Assembly: GCA_963796955.1 (NCBI GenBank)
Contig: CAWCNJ010000007.1
Coordinates: 32,001 to 96,000, forward strand
DNA from: Endomicrobiales bacterium
GTDB taxonomy: Bacteria; Elusimicrobiota; Endomicrobiia; Endomicrobiales; JALOBY01
DNA length: 64,000 nucleotides
Direction of reading: 5' to 3'
Shown here: positions 32,741-46,050 of the stretch, piece by piece
Layout: each line of letters starts with the position of its first letter
How positions within the stretch are numbered: the stretch's first letter is position 1
Made by a program: the position numbers and the translations under genes
Notes under the pieces: generated by a model
The model's input: the letters and a program-made list of their open reading frames with translations, nothing else
The model's database searches: none
Told to the model about the DNA's origin: nothing

Positions 32741-34999
32741 ATGAGTGAAGCTATAGATTCATTAAGCCGGGAAATAATGCGCTGGACGGAAAAGATAATC
32801 ACCTGGGGCCTGCCCCTGTTCTATTTTGTCGTTTCGATAGCGTTCTACCTTAAGACCTATGATTCAGCGCAGATAAAAATAACGCTGGTGCAGATCGGCG
32901 GCGCGGTGCTGCTGGGCGCCTGGCTGGTAAAGCTTGTGGAAGAGGAAGCAACTGATTATTTCAAGAAGAATCTGGTGCTGGTGCTGCCGTTGCTCGCCTT
33001 CCTTATCTCGGGCATTTATTCCTGGTCGCATTCTCCCTTTGAGTACGCCAGTTCCAATGAGCTGGTCCGCAGGGTCGTCTATATAAGCCTTGCCCTTATC
33101 AGTATGAAAGAAGTGAACAGCGAGGAAAAATTTCGCCGCGTGTTCGGCTGGTTGTTCGCGGCCTGTTTCGTGGCTTGTTTCTACGGCGTTATTCAGCACC
33201 TTGACTGGCTGTATTTTCCGCCGCCGCCTGAGCAAGGGCTGGACCCTTTCATCTGGCGCGGCGCCTTCGCCGCCAGGGTCTTCTCGACGTTCGGCAACCC
33301 CAATTTCTTCGGCGATTTCCTTGTTGTTCTTAACCCGCTATTGCTCGCCATGTATCTGGCCCGGCGCAAAAAATGGATACTCGGCCTGTGGTTGATGCTT
33401 TCCGCCAACGTGATCTGGACCGCCTCAAAAGGCGCCTGGCTCGGCTATGCGGTGGGCATACTCGCTTTTGTTTTCTTCGCCGTGGCATTTTTTGTGCACG
33501 CGAACAAGGCCAAGGTACGGAAGGTGCTCTGGGTGCTGGCGATCGGCACTATGATGGTCGTATCGGTGGGCATGTATAAGAACCTGGCAGGACGCACCGA
33601 CAGCGCATCTTTCCGTATATTTACCTGGCTTTCCACCTGGGAGATGATCAACACCCATCCCGTGATCGGCACCGGGATCGGTTCTTTTTATGTGACATAC
33701 CCTGCCTGGCGCAGGCCGCAGATATTTTTCATTGAAGGCCGCCATAACACCGAGACAGACCACCCGGAAGACGAATACCTGGAAGTGTGGTACGACGAAG
33801 GCTTCATCGGAATGGGTATCTTTCTGTGGTTAATAGGTGTGTTTTTGACCCTGGGCGTGCGCAATCTTAAAGCCTTCAGCGAAAACGTTACTGAGAAGAA
33901 TAAAGTGGATCCGCGGGCGTATTACCAGCTGGGGGTGCTTTCGGCCTTGATCGCGCAGCTGGCGCACAACTTCGTCTGTGTATCTTTGCGCTTTGTGTCG
34001 GCCGGAATATTCCTGTGGCTTATGATAGGTCTTGCCGGTTCTCTGGCTGTTAACCTGCCGATGCCCAAGGACTCTCTTGAACCGGCCGCGCCGCCGAAAA
34101 AATGGCCCCTGCCGTTAAAGCGCCTTCTGCAGGGCGGTATAATATTGGCGGCACTGTACTTTATCAAGATCTTCTACGGCTATTTTGATGCCGACGTTAA
34201 CCACAATCTGGCGATATTTTTTTCCAAGCAGGGCCAGTGGACGGAAGCGCTTAACCACTACGATACCGTCGCGAAAGAAAATCCGTCTTTCATTATGGCG
34301 CATTATTTTATGGGGAATGTGTATAACGACCGTTGGCAGCCCGGCGACGCCGCGCTCTCCATCGGCAAATACCAGGATGTGTGGAAGCTGGCCCCGAATT
34401 ACGTGCAGTCCCACCACCAGGCCGGCCTTATTTATGTTAAATGGGCTGAAGATGAAAAACGCCAGATCGGCGAGTGCCAGGCTAAAGGCGACAAAGCGGG
34501 CGTTGCGGCCCATACTGAAAAACTTAAAGACCTGTGGGCGAAGGCGCTCAGGGAGTTTGAATTGTACCGCATGGTAGACCCCATATTCCCGGTAAATTAC
34601 TATCGTATGGCGATGATCTACATGGAAATGGGCGACTACAAAAAAGCGGAAGAGACGTACCTGGAACATATCAATTACCCGGAGAACTTGAAGAAAGCCC
34701 CGCATAACGCCTGGGTGGAAGATTGGGGTGTACGCCGCAGCAATGAATATTCTGATACGTATGGGTATCTCGGCTACCTTGCCGCCAGCCAGAACAACAT
34801 GCAAAAGGCGGAAGGCTATTACCTTAAGGCCGTTGAGCTTAACCCCGTCAATATCAACGTCCTTAAAAATCTGGCGGTCCTCTACGGGCGTTCCGGCCGC
34901 ATGGACAAGGCTGTGCCGATATGGCAAAAACTGTACGCTATAGCGCCCCGGGACCCCGATGTTCAGCGGGTATTCCAGCAGCAGGCGCCAAAAAAATAA
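32741..34999 (+). CDS. O-antigen ligase (Wzy_C-like) family protein with TPRs
   Basis: Many TM helices; STFGNPNFFG, SKGAW, HPVIGTGIGSF, HPEDEYLE; C-terminal TPRs. Confidence 0.85.
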   Translation: MSEAIDSLSREIMRWTEKIITWGLPLFYFVVSIAFYLKTYDSAQIKITLVQIGGAVLLGAWLVKLVEEEATDYFKKNLVLVLPLLAFLISGIYSWSHSPFEYASSNELVRRVVYISLALISMKEVNSEEKFRRVFGWLFAACFVACFYGVIQHLDWLYFPPPPEQGLDPFIWRGAFAARVFSTFGNPNFFGDFLVVLNPLLLAMYLARRKKWILGLWLMLSANVIWTASKGAWLGYAVGILAFVFFAVAFFVHANKAKVRKVLWVLAIGTMMVVSVGMYKNLAGRTDSASFRIFTWLSTWEMINTHPVIGTGIGSFYVTYPAWRRPQIFFIEGRHNTETDHPEDEYLEVWYDEGFIGMGIFLWLIGVFLTLGVRNLKAFSENVTEKNKVDPRAYYQLGVLSALIAQLAHNFVCVSLRFVSAGIFLWLMIGLAGSLAVNLPMPKDSLEPAAPPKKWPLPLKRLLQGGIILAALYFIKIFYGYFDADVNHNLAIFFSKQGQWTEALNHYDTVAKENPSFIMAHYFMGNVYNDRWQPGDAALSIGKYQDVWKLAPNYVQSHHQAGLIYVKWAEDEKRQIGECQAKGDKAGVAAHTEKLKDLWAKALREFELYRMVDPIFPVNYYRMAMIYMEMGDYKKAEETYLEHINYPENLKKAPHNAWVEDWGVRRSNEYSDTYGYLGYLAASQNNMQKAEGYYLKAVELNPVNINVLKNLAVLYGRSGRMDKAVPIWQKLYAIAPRDPDVQRVFQQQAPKK

Positions 35000-37372
35000 A
35001 TGGACAAAATGCTTCCTCTCTTGATACAGTTCATCTTATTCGTGCCGACGATCGTATTTTTTACGGACGTTACACGCAATCCCTATTTTTTTCAAATAGT
35101 GTTGTTGAATTCCTGCACCGTGTTATTGTGCATGCTCTGGCTCTGGCAGGGCCGTTCTAAGGGTGAACTGCTGGTAAAACGCACGCCGGTGGACCTGCCG
35201 CTCTGGCTCTTTTTCGCGGTAGCGACCTTATCGTGGGCGGTGGCTTTGGGAACGGACTACGGCGAATCGTACATTCGTTACTCGGTTTACAGCGAAGGCC
35301 TTAAACGCTGGCTCTACACCCTGGTTAACTGCATACTCCCCATGTACGCGGCCGTGCACTTCAGCGACGATAATACCCGTCCGCGTTATTACAATGCTAT
35401 ATTCCTCGCCACGTTTGTCGCAGCTGGTTACGCGCTGCTGCAGTATATGGGTATCGAGCCCATCTGGCCGAAAGTGCTGAATCCATTCGGCGGCCGCGCT
35501 GTTTCGACATTCGGGAACCCCAACTTTCTCTCATCCTATCTGGTCATGGTCATTCCCGTGGCCTTCGCGTGTTTCCTGGCGGCTGCCAGGGGCGCCGCAC
35601 GAAAATGGTATTACCTGCTGGGCATGGTAGCTTTCGCGGCAGAGCTTTGCACCCTGACACGCTCCAGCTGGCTGGGTCTTGGGGTGGGCCTGGTATTGTT
35701 CATTATATTACTGGCGCTCTTTGAACGCGAACTGGTCATAAAAAACAAAAAGGTCCTGGTAGCCTCCGTGTCGATCTTTGTCTCGATGGGCATTTTCTTC
35801 CCGCAGAGCACGGTGGGCGGTAAAAACCCAACTATTTTAGAGCGTCTTACCGAGGCGACGAACGCCACGAAAGAGAAAAAGAATTACGGCTCGGTCAACC
35901 AGCGCCAGCTTATCTGGTCGTGCGCCGCCAGCATGGTACGGGAAAAGCCCATCCTCGGCAAGGGCTGGGGATGTTTTGAACTTTTCTTCCCGTTCTACCA
36001 GGGCAAATTCCTGTTCCTGGAGCCCTTCCGCATATTCCGCACGCATGCCAATAACGCCCACGACGAACTGCTGGAAGTATGGTCCCAGACAGGTACGCTT
36101 GGACTCGGCGTCTATCTATGGTTTTTGGTATGCCTTTATTATTACGCCGTTTATTTAATGAAAAACCTGAAGGGCGGGCCGCGGATCATGGTTATCGGCC
36201 TTACCGCGGCTATGGCCGGCATGTGGGTGGACAATCTTTTGAACGTCTCCCTGCATTTTGCCGTCCCCGGATTTTTGTACTGGTGGTTCATGGGAACGCT
36301 GTTGTCCTACGGCCCGCAGCGGGAAAAGAAATTGCAGGTCGGCTCAGCCCTGAAAAAGGGAACGATCTTTGTGCTGCTTATCCTCGGCGCGCTGGTTATC
36401 GTCAGGTACACCAGAAGCTTCCTTGGCGAGATACATTATTTTAACGGCTTTAAACTTTCAAAACAGAACAATGTTGAGGCCGCCATCCCTGAGCTTGAGG
36501 CCGCCCATGAATATCAACGTTTCGAAGTGAACAATAATTATGAATTGGCGAACTGTTACGCCCGTGCCGGCCAGAGGGATAAAGCGCTGGAGATGTATAT
36601 GGAATCCCTGCGCGCGAACGCCGGCTATGATGAGATCTATTTTAACCTTGCGACGGTGCTGATGCAGAAGGGGCTGGTCGCCAAAGCGATACCGGAATAT
36701 ACGCAGTCCCTGAACATAAACCCTTTGTCGTGGGACGGCTATAATGCGCTGGGCAGCATCTATATGCAGGACCCGGCAAAGACGGGTAACGCCTGTATCG
36801 CGCTTTTTAAACAATACGTCCTGCTGCAGCCCGAGAACAAGGATATCTGGAACAACCTCGGTTATTTATACACCAAAACCAGCCGCGATGAGCTGGCTAT
36901 GCAGGCGTATAAAAAAGCGATAGAGATAGATCCGGATTTCGAGCTGGCCAGAAAAAATATTGAAGTCACTATGCATCGACTCGGCAAGAGGGATGCGGAT
37001 TATGACGAGCTTAACGCGATCATTCGCCAGGCGGAGAAAACGATCGTGGAAAAGAACTGGACGGCGGCCCTGCCGGCCTGCCTTAAATTCGTTCAGCGCT
37101 CACCCCGCAGCATTAAAGCCCATTTTTACCTTGCCAATGTATACTTTACGACCGGCAAATTCCAGGAAGCCGCAGATGAATACGGTGAAGCCCTTAAACT
37201 CGATCCGAACAATAACATCATTCGCACGAATCTGGGTATGCTCTACGCTCAAATGAAAAAATACCCCGAAGCTGTCCAGGAATTAACCACCGTGGTGCAG
37301 CGCGATCCGAATAATACGTTGGCCAAAACACGCCTGGAACAGTTGCGCAGTTACATCTCCCAGCCCCACTAG
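35000..37372 (+). CDS. O-antigen ligase family protein with TPRs (paralog)
   Basis: STFGNPNFLS, TRSSW, KPILGKGWGCF, NAHDELLE; multiple TPRs. Confidence 0.85.
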   Translation: MDKMLPLLIQFILFVPTIVFFTDVTRNPYFFQIVLLNSCTVLLCMLWLWQGRSKGELLVKRTPVDLPLWLFFAVATLSWAVALGTDYGESYIRYSVYSEGLKRWLYTLVNCILPMYAAVHFSDDNTRPRYYNAIFLATFVAAGYALLQYMGIEPIWPKVLNPFGGRAVSTFGNPNFLSSYLVMVIPVAFACFLAAARGAARKWYYLLGMVAFAAELCTLTRSSWLGLGVGLVLFIILLALFERELVIKNKKVLVASVSIFVSMGIFFPQSTVGGKNPTILERLTEATNATKEKKNYGSVNQRQLIWSCAASMVREKPILGKGWGCFELFFPFYQGKFLFLEPFRIFRTHANNAHDELLEVWSQTGTLGLGVYLWFLVCLYYYAVYLMKNLKGGPRIMVIGLTAAMAGMWVDNLLNVSLHFAVPGFLYWWFMGTLLSYGPQREKKLQVGSALKKGTIFVLLILGALVIVRYTRSFLGEIHYFNGFKLSKQNNVEAAIPELEAAHEYQRFEVNNNYELANCYARAGQRDKALEMYMESLRANAGYDEIYFNLATVLMQKGLVAKAIPEYTQSLNINPLSWDGYNALGSIYMQDPAKTGNACIALFKQYVLLQPENKDIWNNLGYLYTKTSRDELAMQAYKKAIEIDPDFELARKNIEVTMHRLGKRDADYDELNAIIRQAEKTIVEKNWTAALPACLKFVQRSPRSIKAHFYLANVYFTTGKFQEAADEYGEALKLDPNNNIIRTNLGMLYAQMKKYPEAVQELTTVVQRDPNNTLAKTRLEQLRSYISQPH

Positions 37373-37376
37373 CGGT

Positions 37377-37406
37377 TTTACAATAGGACGGATTTTGTGG
37401 TACAAT
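37377..37406 (+). promoter_or_regulatory. Putative promoter for the yebC-ruv operon
   Basis: TTTACA-18 nt-TACAAT with an extended -10 TG. Confidence 0.5.
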
Positions 37407-37444
37407 ATAACCTAATCAGGTTTTCGTAAGACAAAGGAGATTTT

Positions 37445-38209
37445 ATGTCCGGGCATTCTAAATGGGCTGGTATTAAACACAAGAAGGCAATAATTGACGC
37501 GAAACGCGGTAAGATATTCACTAAGATCGCCCGCGAAATAGCGATAGCCGCAAAGACCGGCGGCGGCCAGCCGGAACATAACGCACGCTTGCGCAAGGCG
37601 ATCGAACTTGGCAAAGAAGCGAACATGCCGGTGGACAATATTAAGCGTGCTGTCCAGCGCGGCACCGGTGAAATACCGGGTGTGATGTATGAAGAACTGC
37701 AGTACGAAGGTTACGGACCCGGCGGTTCAGCGGTAATAGTGGAATTAACGACTGACAATAAGAACCGCACGGCCTCTGATATTCGCAAAGTTTTCTCTTC
37801 CCATGGCGGTAACATGGGTGAGACCGGCTGCGTGGGCTGGATGTTCACCACAAAAGGTTATCTCGCCGTTGAGAAGTCTGTCGCGAGCGAAGATAAGGTA
37901 ATGACCGTAGCCCTTGATTCCGGCGCCGATGATTTTAAGTCTGAAGACGAAGATGTGTATGAAATAATCACTAAGCCGGAAGATTTTGATAAAGTTAAAA
38001 AGGCTCTTGAGACCGCGGGCATAGCTATAGCCTCATCAGAGGTTGCCCCTCAGGCGCAAACCACTATCAGCCTTTCAGGTAAAGGGGCCGAACAGATGCT
38101 TGCCCTGATGGACGATCTGGAAAGCCACGACGACGTTAAGAACGTGTATTCTAATTTTGACATTTCCAAAGAGGAAATGGAACGCATTGAAAACGCCAAC
38201 GCAAAGTAA
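37445..38209 (+). CDS. yebC: YebC/PmpR family protein
   Basis: MSGHSKW, YEGYGPGG, TDNKNRT, DDVKNVYSN; AAAGGAG RBS. Confidence 0.96.
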   Translation: MSGHSKWAGIKHKKAIIDAKRGKIFTKIAREIAIAAKTGGGQPEHNARLRKAIELGKEANMPVDNIKRAVQRGTGEIPGVMYEELQYEGYGPGGSAVIVELTTDNKNRTASDIRKVFSSHGGNMGETGCVGWMFTTKGYLAVEKSVASEDKVMTVALDSGADDFKSEDEDVYEIITKPEDFDKVKKALETAGIAIASSEVAPQAQTTISLSGKGAEQMLALMDDLESHDDVKNVYSNFDISKEEMERIENANAK

Positions 38210-38723
38210 CTCCAGCATCACCGTGCTGGGGGTGGATCCGGGCCTTTCCATGTGCGGCTGGGGGGTTGTGCACCGTAGCGGACGTAATCTTCTATCGATG
38301 CTGGATTACGGCTGTATAAAGACCGGTCCCGAAACCTGCCTTCCGATGCGTCTTCGCACCATCAGTGAAACCCTGAACGCTCTTATAGAAAAATACGCTC
38401 CTCAAGTGATGGCCGTTGAGGAGTTGTTTTTTTCCAAGGAAGCCCGTACCGTGGCGGCTGTCGCGCAGGCGAGAGGAGTTATACTGCTTTCAGCCAGCTC
38501 CCACGACCTGCCTGTTCACGAATACAACCCGCGGCACGTAAAGATATCTCTTACCGGTTTCGGCTCGGCAGAAAAACAACAGATCCAGCATATGGTAAAA
38601 GCCATGCTCTGCCTGCCGGTGATCCCCAAACCGGACGATGCCGCTGATGCGCTGGCGATAGCTATCACCCATTTGAACACGGGCGAGAGCGGCTACGCCA
38701 AAGCCCTGAGGGCTGCAAAATGA
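38187..38723 (+). CDS. ruvC: Holliday junction resolvase RuvC
   Basis: VLGVDPG, AVEELFF, QARGV, PDDAADALAIA. Start uncertain (TTG 38187 chosen). Confidence 0.93.
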   Translation: MKTPTQSNSSITVLGVDPGLSMCGWGVVHRSGRNLLSMLDYGCIKTGPETCLPMRLRTISETLNALIEKYAPQVMAVEELFFSKEARTVAAVAQARGVILLSASSHDLPVHEYNPRHVKISLTGFGSAEKQQIQHMVKAMLCLPVIPKPDDAADALAIAITHLNTGESGYAKALRAAK

Positions 38724-39341
38724 TAACCCATCTTCGCGGTATTATCGACTCCAGATCTGAGGGTCGTGTTGTTTTAGAGGCGGGCGGCGTCGGGTATGAG
38801 ATATTTGTCGCATTCGCCACGCTTGAAAAACTTCCGGTCGTGGGAGCCGAAGCTAAACTATATATCATTGAATCTATGGCGATGTACGGCGGCGCGGTAA
38901 GCCTGTATGGTTTTGCTACCTCTGAGGAGCGCGAAATATTCCTTCTTTTAAGAGAGCATGTTCCCGGGGCCCGGCGCTAAAAAGGCCCTTGAATACCTTG
39001 ATAAAATTTCCAAGTCGCTCCCCGATTTCAGCCGCGCCATAGAGCTTAAAGACGCGGGAATGCTGGTCTCGGTTTTCGGTTTTACCAAAAAGACAGCCGA
39101 CAAATTAATAGCCGCCCTTAAAGATAAACTTGAGCAATTCCCAGCTTCGCCCGCCGGAGCAAAATGGGTTCCCGCGGCTCCCGGCAGCATTCAAGACGAA
39201 GCTGTTTCAGCGCTGGTCTCTCTCGGCTTTAAACCGGTGCACGCCCGCGGCGCAGTTGAAGACGCTCTGGCAAAAGATCCAAAGGCCGGCACGGAAACAC
39301 TTATACGCAACTCGCTGCAATATCTTTCACAGGGGAAATAA
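38720..39341 (+). CDS. ruvA: RuvA, split by a single-base frameshift near 38970
   Basis: GGVGYEI and LYGF in one frame; GAKKAL, GFTKKTADKLI and ALVSLGF in the next. Removing one C from GCCC restores VPGAGAKKA. Confidence 0.9.
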
Positions 39342-40379
39342 ATGGTTGATTTTGACCCTAATCGTTTTATAGCGCCGGAACCGCAGCCCGAAGAATCCCG
39401 GGTTGAAAACACGCTGAGGCCCCAAACACTCGACGAATTCGTCGGACAGACCGCGATGAAAGCCAACCTAAGGGTTTTTATAGAAGCCGCACGCAAACGC
39501 GGTCAGGCGCTGGACCATTGCCTGTTTTACGCCCCGCCGGGCCTTGGCAAAACTACGCTCGCCCATATTATTTCCAGGGAGATGGGCGGCAATATGCGCA
39601 GCACCTCCGGCCCGGTCCTGGAGCGCGTGGGCGACCTTGCCGCTATCCTTACCAATCTCGCCGAAGGCGATATCTTCTTTATCGACGAGATACACCGCAT
39701 GAACCATCTGGTGGAAGAAGCGTTATACCCCGCGATGGAAGATTATGAGCTGGATATCATCATCGGGCAGGGCCCGGCCGCCAAGACGATCAAACTGCCG
39801 CTGCCGCGTTTTACGCTGATAGGCGCAACTACCAGAGCCGGCCTTTTGTCCAGCCCGCTGCGTGACCGTTTCGGCATAGTGCAGCACCTTGAATTTTACA
39901 GTCTGGAAGAGCTTTCAATAATTGTAAAACGCTCGGCCGAGATCTTGCAGATCAAAGCTGAAAAAGAAGGCATCGCCGAGATCGCACGCAGGTCCCGCGG
40001 AACACCCCGCATCGCTAACCGTCTGCTGCGCCGCGTGCGGGATTTCGCCGAGGTAAGATCAGGCGGCATAATAACGGATAAGATCGCCGCTGAGTCACTT
40101 GAATCCTTGGAAGTGGACGCCTCAGGACTTGACCGCATGGACAGGCGCATATTGCAGACCGTTATAGAAAAATTCAGCGGCGGCCCGGTCGGTATAGAAA
40201 CGATCGCAGTAGCGGTCTCCGAGGAAGTGGACACGATAACCGACGTCTATGAACCTTTCCTTATACAAAGCGGTTTTATGGTTCGCACGCCCCGCGGCCG
40301 TATGGTCACCGGCCGCGCCTACGATCACTTGCATATCAAAAAACCCGAAGGCCGCGGCTCTCAAGAGCCCTTACTGTGA
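39342..40379 (+). CDS. ruvB: Holliday junction helicase RuvB
   Basis: [46 protein letters not shown]. Confidence 0.98.
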   Translation: MVDFDPNRFIAPEPQPEESRVENTLRPQTLDEFVGQTAMKANLRVFIEAARKRGQALDHCLFYAPPGLGKTTLAHIISREMGGNMRSTSGPVLERVGDLAAILTNLAEGDIFFIDEIHRMNHLVEEALYPAMEDYELDIIIGQGPAAKTIKLPLPRFTLIGATTRAGLLSSPLRDRFGIVQHLEFYSLEELSIIVKRSAEILQIKAEKEGIAEIARRSRGTPRIANRLLRRVRDFAEVRSGGIITDKIAAESLESLEVDASGLDRMDRRILQTVIEKFSGGPVGIETIAVAVSEEVDTITDVYEPFLIQSGFMVRTPRGRMVTGRAYDHLHIKKPEGRGSQEPLL

Positions 40380-40990
40380 TGCCCGAGAAACTTCTTTTGC
40401 ACCAATGCTGTGCGCCGTGCTCATTTAAAGTCATTGAGTCGTTCTCAAAAAATTATTCGATCACAGGTTTCTGGTATAACCCCAATATTCACCCAGAGGT
40501 AGAGCACATCAGCCGCAATGAAGCTTTGTTGAGCCTGAATAGATCTAAGAATATCGAAACACTGAGCTCCCCGGAAATGACGGAGAAAGAATGGTGCGCT
40601 GGCGCGCCGTTAACTGTTCCGGAACGCTGCGCGTATTGTTACGAATTGCGTTTAAATAAAACCGCTGAAGCGGCAAAGAACGCCGGTCTAGGCGCCTTCA
40701 GTACAACTCTTTTAATAAGTCCGTTCCAAAAGCACGAATTGGTCAAAGATATCGGCGCAACTGCCGCGAAGAAACATGGGGTGGCGTTCGTTTATCAGGA
40801 TATGCGCCCGCTTTACTACGAAAGCAAACAGGCGGCCCGTGACCGCGGCTTTTATATACAAAAATACTGCGGCTGCTCATCTTCTAAGGTAGAGCGTGAA
40901 ATAGAGAAACTAGAAAAAAAACGACCGAGCGTCATGACACCCGTAAGTGCGGCAGCGACCAAGTCCCCAGAGGGGAAATGCGAAAGTTAA
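40376..40990 (+). CDS. queH: Epoxyqueuosine reductase QueH (DUF208)
   Basis: [45 protein letters not shown]. Confidence 0.9.
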   Translation: MMPEKLLLHQCCAPCSFKVIESFSKNYSITGFWYNPNIHPEVEHISRNEALLSLNRSKNIETLSSPEMTEKEWCAGAPLTVPERCAYCYELRLNKTAEAAKNAGLGAFSTTLLISPFQKHELVKDIGATAAKKHGVAFVYQDMRPLYYESKQAARDRGFYIQKYCGCSSSKVEREIEKLEKKRPSVMTPVSAAATKSPEGKCES

Positions 40991-42123
40991 TAAGTAGTTT
41001 TATCATCCCGCTTCTGTTCCAAGTGCCATTGCTTGCGGCGCCCCGCCTGCCGGAGACCATCGTTAAGGTAGGTATTGTGCAGCTCGCCCCTTCAGTGAAC
41101 CTGAGCAGCGAAGGCAACTATTCTATGTATGAGATCAACAGCGGCGAGCAGACAAAGATCCAGCCGCTGAATGATTATCTGGTAAAGGCGGATGGACATC
41201 ACATAATGATGAACGGGAAAGGCTTTCTTTCTCCTGTGCGAATTGTTTCAGAGGATGAAAACGCAAGTATCAGGGTGAACGGCCGCCGTTACCGGGATAA
41301 TGTTATCATTCGCGCCATAGACGGTAAGCTAACGGTGATAAATGAACTCGGCATAGAAGATTACCTGCGCGGTGTGCTGCCCATGGAGATAGACAAGGGC
41401 TGGCCCGAGCAATCGCTGAAAGTTCAGGCGGTCATCAGCCGCACGTACCTGCTGCGTAACTTGCGCAAACATGAGAAAGACGGCTTCGACCTTTGCTCCG
41501 GCGTGCACTGTCAGGTTTACGGCGGTATGGAACCCGAGCAGAAAGCCACTAATGATGCTATAGAGAAAACGAGAGGGGAAGTGCTTGTATACGACGGCAA
41601 GCTGGCGCAAGCCTTGTTCTTCGCCCAGTGCGGCGGCCATACTGAAGATCCCAAGTACGTTTGGAAGTGGGAAGCCGACACTCCGGAATACCTGAAAGGC
41701 CGCAAATGCACCTTCTGCAAGGATTGTAAACACCAGAACTGGAAAACCCGTGTCAATACTGAAACCATCCGCACCCGTCTGGAAAAAGCCGGTTTTAACG
41801 TCGGCCAGATAAAGAAAATTTCCACCTCCGGCAAAACTCCTTCCGGCAGGGCCCTTACTATTGTGGTAAAAAGCAGCAAAGGCAAGCTGCAAATACCCTC
41901 CGGCAAATTCCGCATGGCCCTATCTCCTGACGTCGTACGCAGCACCATGATAACCGATATAGTCCGTTACGGCGACGAATACGAGTTCCGCGGCCACGGC
42001 TGGGGCCACGGCATAGGCCTGTGCCAATGGGGCTGCAAAGTAATGGGCGAAAAGAACTACGATTATCAGGAAATAATCCATTATTATTACCCGGGTGCTA
42101 AAGTAGAAAAATGGGAAGAGTAA
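40978..42123 (+). CDS. SpoIID/LytB domain protein
   Basis: Signal peptide; INELGIEDYLRGVLPME, QAVISRTY, HCQVYGG, GWGHGIGLCQWG. Confidence 0.92.
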   Translation: MRKLISSFIIPLLFQVPLLAAPRLPETIVKVGIVQLAPSVNLSSEGNYSMYEINSGEQTKIQPLNDYLVKADGHHIMMNGKGFLSPVRIVSEDENASIRVNGRRYRDNVIIRAIDGKLTVINELGIEDYLRGVLPMEIDKGWPEQSLKVQAVISRTYLLRNLRKHEKDGFDLCSGVHCQVYGGMEPEQKATNDAIEKTRGEVLVYDGKLAQALFFAQCGGHTEDPKYVWKWEADTPEYLKGRKCTFCKDCKHQNWKTRVNTETIRTRLEKAGFNVGQIKKISTSGKTPSGRALTIVVKSSKGKLQIPSGKFRMALSPDVVRSTMITDIVRYGDEYEFRGHGWGHGIGLCQWGCKVMGEKNYDYQEIIHYYYPGAKVEKWEE

Positions 42124-42168
42124 AATAACGTCTAACGCCTACAACCTGGCTCGTGGTGGCGGCGCGAT

Positions 42169-42643
42169 GTTGTTTAGGTTTTACCCGGCCTCAGTAGCTG
42201 CATTTCGGTCGGCATATTCTGCGGTCGCGAACTTGCCCCGCACCCCTATTCAAAAGACTTTTGAGCGGGGCTTCAAACAGGCGCACCCCAAGAGTACTTG
42301 GTCGCTGGCGTGCCTGCGGCACTCCATAACGCTCGGGCGCTACCGAAGGAAAGAATATGCCGCCCTCATTGACGCAGCAAGTTCGGCCTACGGTCAAACC
42401 TAAACAACCTCGGTCAATTAAGAAATGTGCTGTGTCTGATGATAAAATCGACGCAGAAATGAGCAGTTGTTTGTGCGGAGTAAATCCCTTTAGCCGACTA
42501 TGAGGTGAGCGATCTTCATTCCTTCGGCTCAGTTGTTTGAGCCCCACTCCAAAGTCTTTTGAATAGGGTGTGGGGCGAGTTCTGAGCCGGCGAAGATCGT
42601 GATCCGAAATGGCTATACGGATTTACGGAGTACAAGCAACTGC
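42169..42643. repeat. Two long imperfect hairpins, each enclosing an inverted copy of a ~50-nt palindromic element
   Basis: Arms 42169-42185/42392-42408 and 42210-42220/42352-42362; arms 42463-42476/42630-42643, 42480-42487/42619-42626, 42510-42517/42592-42599 and 42525-42532/42582-42589. Elements 42229-42279 and 42534-42582 are near reverse complements. Confidence 0.8.
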
Positions 42644-42704
42644 GAATTAAGAGCTCCGAGTTGTCCGAAAAAATCGAACAACTGAAATCGCAAACAGAGA
42701 TATA

Positions 42705-44965
<2,261 letters not shown>

Positions 44966-44969
<4 letters not shown>

Positions 44970-46040
44970 AAAAGATCATTTCAATGCTGTTCGCGGTAAC
45001 CTTCATGTGTAGCGCATTCATAGTGCCCGCTCACGCAAAAAAAGATTCGGCTGAGCTGTCGGCTATTCGTTCGCTCTTAAAGGATTCCGACCGCGAAGTG
45101 CGCCTGGCGGCTGCCGAAGCCTTAAGCCAGCTGGGGGATAAAGAATCTCTTCCCGCGATCAAGGCGATGCTGTCCGAAACCGGCGATTCGGCACGGCTTC
45201 GCGTCGCGATAGATCTGCAGCGGCTCGGTGACGAGCAGGGTTTGTCCGAGATCCATAAAATACTCGCATCTGTGCCTGCATCTCTCCGAAAATCCAAAAC
45301 CACTTGAACGGGCCAGGGCTGTTGCAAAAGGCACCATACGCGCAGAAGCTGCGCGCGCTATCGGCATGCTGAAAGATACGGCGGGGATGTCCCTGCTGCG
45401 CCAGACCGCGATGGATGAAGACGGAAGGGTGGCTGACGCCTCTGTTATAGCGCTGGCTAAACTGGGCGAATCATCCGGCACCAAACAATTTATTTCGGCC
45501 CTTGAAAGCACTAAGCAGGGTGTGCGCGCCAAAGCCGCAGACGCATTGGCCGAGATCGGCGATCTTTCAGCCGCCCCGGCCCTTCGTAAACGTCTGAAAG
45601 ACTGGGACCGCGACGCGAAATTATCCGCGGCGCTTGCCCTTGCGAAACTGCGCGACCTTGAAAGCATGCCGGCCATACGGGAATTATTGTGGGATAAAGA
45701 AGACATCGTGCGCGAGAAGGCCGCCATCGCCCTGGGCTTTATGGGCAGTGTGGATGCTGTCGCACCGCTGAAGGATGCCATAAAAGATGCCAACGGCTAT
45801 GTAAGGATCGCCGCCGCCGAGGCTATGTACAAACTGGGCGATGTGACCGGCAAAGAAGTTGTCGTTGAAGCGCTGAACGCGCCGGACCAGGACGCGAAAC
45901 TCAGGGCCCTTGGCGTGCTGGAAGTGATGGGTGACAAGAAAGACATCCCCGAACTGAAAAAAATCATGGAGAACGATACGGATAAAACGGTAGTGATAAA
46001 AGCAGCCAAGGTAATTGCTCTCATTAAAAACAAAAACTAA
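44966..46040 (+). CDS. Exported HEAT-repeat protein, frameshift near 45280
   Basis: Signal peptide (AHA) followed by VRxxAAxALxxLG repeats continuing across ORFs 44966-45307 and 45228-46040. Confidence 0.8.
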
Positions 46041-46050
46041 GGAGAAACAT

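Noticed and set aside
42167..42547. ORFs 42167-42403 (+) and 42191-42547 (-)
   Set aside because: They lie within the hairpin elements and have no recognisable protein features.
42420..42704. preQ1 riboswitch upstream of queA
   Set aside because: I could not find the short-hairpin plus A-rich-tail consensus; an Rfam scan would settle it.
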